From Rudaea sp. (GTDB lineage Bacteria; Pseudomonadota; Gammaproteobacteria; Xanthomonadales; Rhodanobacteraceae), in contig NZ_DATBQK010000022.1 in assembly GCF_036560865.1 (NCBI RefSeq), forward strand, positions 7,493 to 71,492: 64,000 nucleotides of DNA, given 5' to 3'. The position numbers and the translations under genes were made by a program. The notes under the pieces are model-generated. The model saw only the letters and a program-made list of their open reading frames with translations, did no database searches and was not told the origin of the DNA. Position 1 is the first letter of the stretch. Every line of letters starts with the position of its first letter. Below are positions 59,895 to 64,000 of this stretch, in pieces.

Positions 59895-62734
59895 GCGGTA
59901 CCCGCGCCGGCGTACAGCAATTCGATGCGCTGCCCCGCTGTCAGCGGCGCCTCGTCGCGTGCGAGACGCACGCGCAGGTCGAACCACGCAGCCTGGCCGG
60001 TCACCGGATCGGCGTTGGCGTAGCGATAGCCGTCCGCGCGCGCCGGCAACAGATCGTCAATCGCGTGATTGAGCAAAAATCCCTTTGTGTACTCCGGCGC
60101 ATCGGCGTCGAGTTTCCATGCACCGCGGTGCTTGCCGATCGCGTTCCAGGTCCACACCACGCCGGGCGCCGTGCCGCGGTGATATTTGGCCTGCACGCGA
60201 ATGCGCGCATGTGCCGATTCGACCCAGACCCAATCGCCATCCGCGACCGCATGCTCGTTGGCCGTGTCGGGGTGCAGGTAGAGAAAATTGCGTGCCGCGA
60301 TCTGGCGCAGCCACGCATTTTGCGAACCCCAGGCGTGGTACATGAACATGGGGCGCTGGGTAATCGCGGCGAGCGGATATTTTTCCCCCTCTCCGGCGCT
60401 GCGCGCCGACTCTCCCGCAAGGGGAGAGTGAAAAACGGGTTTCTCTGTATTCGTATCGGTGTACCAGAACGGCAGTGGATCGAAGAATTTTTCCACGCGC
60501 GCACGTTCGCTCGCGGGCGGCTGCGGCGCACCATGCCCCTGCGCGGCGAGGCGGAATTTCTGCAGACGCTCGGAATACAGTTCGAGCACGATCGCGTCGG
60601 TCGAGATCAGAAAACCGAGCGACTTGGCCCATTGCAGATAATCGCGGTTCGCCATCTTGTAGTAGCGCCCCGCGGCCGGAACCCTCGCCTCCCAGTGACA
60701 ATCGTGCGCCTTGTAAGCATCCAGTTGCTGCGGATTCGGTTCGCCGATCGCCTGCTTCGAGCCGTCGCGTCCGCGCCAGCCGGCGAGCAGACCGACGCCC
60801 GGCGCACGTTCGTGCTCGACCATGTATTGCGCATAGCCGCGCGGATATTTCGCCGCACCATCCTCGTTCGTCATGCCGGGCAGCTGCAGGCGCGCACCGA
60901 GTTCCAGCAGCACGTCCTGGAACGGGCGCACATCGCGATCGACTGAAACCACGGGCTGGCGGATCGCATCGGCCGCCCCATCGGCATCGGAAATCGGCCG
61001 GTCGAGCAGGCTGATACAGTCGTGACGTTCGAGGTAGGTCGTGTCTGGCAACACCAGATCGGCGAAGTTGACCGTTTCCGACCAGTACGCGTCCACATAG
61101 ATAAAATGCGGAATTTTATACTCGCCGCTTTCGACGTCGCGGTCGGCGAGCATGTCGCGCGTCTGACCGGTGTTCATTGCCGAGTTCCAGCCCATGTTCG
61201 CCATGAACAGGAACAGCGTGTCGATGCGATAGGGATCGCCGGCCCATGCGTTGCGGATCACGCTCTGCAACATGCCGTGTGCGGCCAGCGGGTGTTCCCA
61301 CGAGAACGCCTTGTCGATGCGCCGCGGGCGGCCGGCGGCATCGACGACGAGTTCGTCCGGTGCGTGCACGTAACCGAGTGGCGCCGCGTCGAGCGTACCG
61401 TTGTCGCGGCGCATCCTGCCCGGTCGATTCGCCGGTGGCACCGGCTTCGGATACGGCGGCTGATAACGGAAACTACCCGGCGTGTCGATCGCGCCGAGCA
61501 ACAGTTGCAACACATGCAGCATGCGGCAGGTATGGAAGCCGTTCGCATGCGCACTGATCCCGCGCATCGCATGCAGCGCGACCGGACGGCCGATCATTTC
61601 CGCGTGTTCGCGGCCGCATGCGTCGGTCCACGGCTGCCCCAGGTGGATCGCTTGATTGAAGGCGACATCGGCGATCTCGGCGGCAATGCGGCGAATCGTG
61701 GCGGCGTCGACGCCGCAAGTTGCGGCGACATGGTCCGCTGCGTACTCGCTCGCGAGAAAGCGCTCGGCCAGCAATTGGAACGCGGAAACGGCCTTGCTGC
61801 CGTCGTCAAGAACGTATTCGCCGACAATCGCCGGCGTGATATTCAGCGCGTTTGCCGGCTTCGCGCAAGCACTCGATTTGTCCCAGCACAAGGGCTCGCC
61901 CTGCGCATCGCGCGCGAACAGCCCGTCATCCGCGGCACCCGGGTTGCGCACTATCAGGTAATGCGCATTTGTATACTTGACCAGATAATCGAAATCGATC
62001 CAGTCGTGCAGCAGCAGTTCCTGGATCAGTGCGCCGACAAACAGACCGTCGCTGCCGGGGCGAATGCCGATCCATTCGTCGGCGATCGCGGCATAGCCGG
62101 TGCGCACCGGGTTGATCGCGACGATCTTGGCGCCGCGACTCTTGAGCTTGCCGAGACCGAGCTTGATCGGATTGGAGTCGTGATCCTCGGCCACGCCGAA
62201 CATCAACAGATACCTGGATTGATCCCAGTCCGGTTCGCCGAATTCCCAGAACGAACCGCCCAGGGTATACATGCCGGCCGCGGCCATGTTGACCGAACAG
62301 AAGCCACCGTGCGCGGCGTAGTTGATCGTGCCGAATTGCTGCGCCCACCAGCTGGTCAGCGCCTGCGACTGATCGCGACCGGTGAAGAAAGCGAGCTTGT
62401 CGGGATTGGTCTTGCGGATATCGCCGAGCCATTGCGTCGCCAACGCGAGCGCCTCGTCCCATTCGATCTCGCGGAACTCGCCCGCGCCACGCTCACCCAT
62501 GCGCAGCAGGGGCTTCGACAGTCGCGCCGGCGAATAGTGCTGCATGATCCCGGCCGAACCCTTGGCGCAGAGCACGCCCTTGTTCACCGGGTGTGCGGCG
62601 TTGCCTTGGATGTAGCGCACGCGGCCGTCTTTCAAGTGTACTTTTATACCGCAGCGACACGCGCACATGTAGCAGGTCGTCGTCTTGACTTCATCGCCGA
62701 CCGGTTCGTGGAGTTTTAGATTTTCGTGCGGCAT
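59891..62734 (-). CDS. Molybdopterin (Mo-bisPGD, DMSO reductase family) oxidoreductase catalytic subunit without a Tat signal (SoeA-like)
   Basis: 947 aa. The N-terminal FeS motif TTCYMCACRCGIKVHLKDGRVRYIQGN...VNKGVLCAKG begins about residue 20 with no twin-arginine leader. ATG 62734. Confidence 0.85.
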   Translation of the reverse strand: MPHENLKLHEPVGDEVKTTTCYMCACRCGIKVHLKDGRVRYIQGNAAHPVNKGVLCAKGSAGIMQHYSPARLSKPLLRMGERGAGEFREIEWDEALALATQWLGDIRKTNPDKLAFFTGRDQSQALTSWWAQQFGTINYAAHGGFCSVNMAAAGMYTLGGSFWEFGEPDWDQSRYLLMFGVAEDHDSNPIKLGLGKLKSRGAKIVAINPVRTGYAAIADEWIGIRPGSDGLFVGALIQELLLHDWIDFDYLVKYTNAHYLIVRNPGAADDGLFARDAQGEPLCWDKSSACAKPANALNITPAIVGEYVLDDGSKAVSAFQLLAERFLASEYAADHVAATCGVDAATIRRIAAEIADVAFNQAIHLGQPWTDACGREHAEMIGRPVALHAMRGISAHANGFHTCRMLHVLQLLLGAIDTPGSFRYQPPYPKPVPPANRPGRMRRDNGTLDAAPLGYVHAPDELVVDAAGRPRRIDKAFSWEHPLAAHGMLQSVIRNAWAGDPYRIDTLFLFMANMGWNSAMNTGQTRDMLADRDVESGEYKIPHFIYVDAYWSETVNFADLVLPDTTYLERHDCISLLDRPISDADGAADAIRQPVVSVDRDVRPFQDVLLELGARLQLPGMTNEDGAAKYPRGYAQYMVEHERAPGVGLLAGWRGRDGSKQAIGEPNPQQLDAYKAHDCHWEARVPAAGRYYKMANRDYLQWAKSLGFLISTDAIVLELYSERLQKFRLAAQGHGAPQPPASERARVEKFFDPLPFWYTDTNTEKPVFHSPLAGESARSAGEGEKYPLAAITQRPMFMYHAWGSQNAWLRQIAARNFLYLHPDTANEHAVADGDWVWVESAHARIRVQAKYHRGTAPGVVWTWNAIGKHRGAWKLDADAPEYTKGFLLNHAIDDLLPARADGYRYANADPVTGQAAWFDLRVRLARDEAPLTAGQRIELLYAGAGTA

Positions 62735-62840
62735 GGGCTGGCGGATGCGACGATTGCGACATGGTAGCGTATTGCCTCGCAGGCAACCGACTGCCGCCCA
62801 AACCCGTGCGCGCCAATGCCGTGGCGTGCACAATACGCAC

Positions 62841-63815
62841 ATGGATCGCTACGAACGCATTCTGTCCCTGCACCGGATTCTGAAATCCGCGCGCTATCCG
62901 GTGCCGCTGGCGCGCCTGCTCGATGAACTTTCCTGTTCGCGCGCGACCGCATATCGCGATATCGCCTTCCTGCGCGATGCGCTCGGCGCACCGATCGAAA
63001 GCGATGGCGACAACGCTGCGTACCGCTATGCCGCAGACGAAGGCGAACGTTTCGAACTGCCGGGCCTGTGGCTGACCAGCGAGGAACTGCAGGCCCTGCT
63101 CGCATTGAACGAACTGATCGGACGCACCGGCCCCGGCGTCCTTTCCTCGGCGCTGGCGCCGTTCCGCGCGCGCATCGACCGGCTGCTCTCCAATCAGGCC
63201 GATGGTGCAGCGAAACGCTTCCCGCTTGAACGCATCCGCGTGATCGGCTATGGCACGCGCAAGGTCGACGAGGCCACGTTTCGCCATGTCGCCAGCGCCG
63301 TGCTTGAACGCAGGCGTCTTAAATTCCATTACCGCGCACGCTCGACCGACCAGCCGACCGAGCGCACGGTTTCGCCGCAGCGGCTGAGCCACTACCGCGA
63401 CAACTGGTATCTCGACGCGTTCGACCACGGCCGCAGCGCGCTGCGCAGTTTCGCGCTCGATCGGATCAAGCAGGCGCAACTGCAGGATCAGGCTGCGGAC
63501 GATCACGATGAAGCCGAATTGAACAAACACCTTGCGTCGAGCTACGGGATTTTTTCCGGGCCGCCCAAAGCCTGGGCGACGCTGCGCTTTTCGCCGCACA
63601 CCGCGCGTTGGGTCGCCGACGAGCACTGGCATTCGCAACAGCAGGGCACCTGGCTCACGGACGGCCGTTACGAATTGAAGCTGCCCTACAGCAACTCCAA
63701 GGAGCTGCTGATGGACGTGCTGAAATACGGTCCCGATGTCGAGGTCGTCGCGCCAGTCAGCTTGCGCGAGGAGATGAAAATCCTGTTGCAGTTGGCGCTA
63801 GGGGCATATCAATAG
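62841..63815 (+). CDS. HTH + WYL-domain transcriptional regulator (YafY-like)
   Basis: N-terminal HTH RILSLHRILKSARYPVPLARLLDELSCSRATAYRDIAFLRD. WYL region RLKFHYRARS...SPQRLSHYRDNWYLDAFD...RSFALDRI. C-terminal WCX-like domain. Divergent from the Mo-oxidoreductase operon across a 106-nt spacer. Confidence 0.8.
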   Translation: MDRYERILSLHRILKSARYPVPLARLLDELSCSRATAYRDIAFLRDALGAPIESDGDNAAYRYAADEGERFELPGLWLTSEELQALLALNELIGRTGPGVLSSALAPFRARIDRLLSNQADGAAKRFPLERIRVIGYGTRKVDEATFRHVASAVLERRRLKFHYRARSTDQPTERTVSPQRLSHYRDNWYLDAFDHGRSALRSFALDRIKQAQLQDQAADDHDEAELNKHLASSYGIFSGPPKAWATLRFSPHTARWVADEHWHSQQQGTWLTDGRYELKLPYSNSKELLMDVLKYGPDVEVVAPVSLREEMKILLQLALGAYQ

Positions 63816-63835
63816 CGTGCGCGATCCTTACGTAC

Positions 63836-64000
63836 TCATTGCGTAGTTGGCGGTGGCGCCGACTGCACGACAGGCGTCGTCACCGTTTCGCGTGCCTTCT
63901 GCGTCAACTCGCGGAACTTGCCCGACATCGCTTCGAGCTTGGCGGCCCATTCGGCGTTCGGGGTCTGGCCGGCGGTGAGCTTGTCGTACATCTGGATCAG
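63836..64000 (-). CDS. 3' end (54 codons) of an unidentified gene that extends beyond the window
   Basis: Open frame from the window edge to TGA at 63836-38: LIQMYDKLTAGQTPNAEWAAKLEAMSGKFRELTQKARETVTTPVVQSAPPPTTQ. Codon usage resembles its neighbours. No family recognised. Confidence 0.3.
   Translation of the reverse strand: MIQMYDKLTAGQTPNAEWAAKLEAMSGKFRELTQKARETVTTPVVQSAPPPTTQ

Noticed and set aside
62841-63815. The WYL regulator as a marker of an adjacent anti-phage defence island
   Set aside because: The neighbours are a respiratory-type Mo-oxidoreductase operon and a convergent unidentified gene. No nuclease, helicase, methylase or cyclase genes are in view. The window ends 185 nt later, so this cannot be fully excluded.

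Overview
This is a 64-kb, high-GC chromosomal segment (hand spot counts in genes are about 65-72% GC). It comes from a gammaproteobacterium, probably Xanthomonadales/Lysobacterales-like. That placement is an inference from rhlB-trxA-rho and ftsEX..rpoH synteny, an Xps/Xcs-type GspE lacking the tetracysteine motif, and PAFAGMT-type and heptamer intergenic repeats. I call about 56 protein-coding genes or fragments, including two partial genes at the window edges and two gene remnants. I see no rRNA, tRNA, CRISPR, integrase, transposase or phage genes. Content in order: envC-gpmI; a MacB-like ABC exporter next to a LytS/LytTR two-component operon; M1 aminopeptidase, sppA and a MATE pump; an ECF sigma/DUF3619-like/DUF3106-like triad; priA; ndh and two oxidoreductases; rpoH; ung, a dual-receiver regulator and ftsXE; gspF and gspE-D-C separated by three unrelated genes and placed directly behind rhlB; trxA-rho; an orphan higA; glpKD; feoAB plus a Cys-rich protein; a class-3 lipase; an Fsr-like MFS transporter; an OmpR/2CSK_N two-component system; ubiA; a GltS-like FMN protein; a GATase; a DUF481 protein; and a Tat-less Mo-bisPGD three-subunit oxidoreductase (SoeABC-like) with a divergent WYL regulator. 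I do not see a self-contained, clearly novel multi-gene system. The window reads as core genome decorated with small repeats. The most unusual observations are: (1) a heptamer-repeat palindrome inserted in frame (28 codons) in the 4Fe-4S subunit gene, with a sister element between gspF and ftsE; (2) a perfect inverted pair of DnaA boxes plus a third box upstream of priA; (3) a ~93-residue N/Q/R/G-rich N-terminal extension on Rho behind a C-rich leader; (4) an intact gspCDE/gspF set that is split and has no pseudopilin genes nearby; (5) a 690-bp nested palindrome whose arm supplies the envC start codon; (6) a higB 3' remnant next to an intact higA. Most long reverse-strand ORFs in the track are high-GC shadow ORFs.
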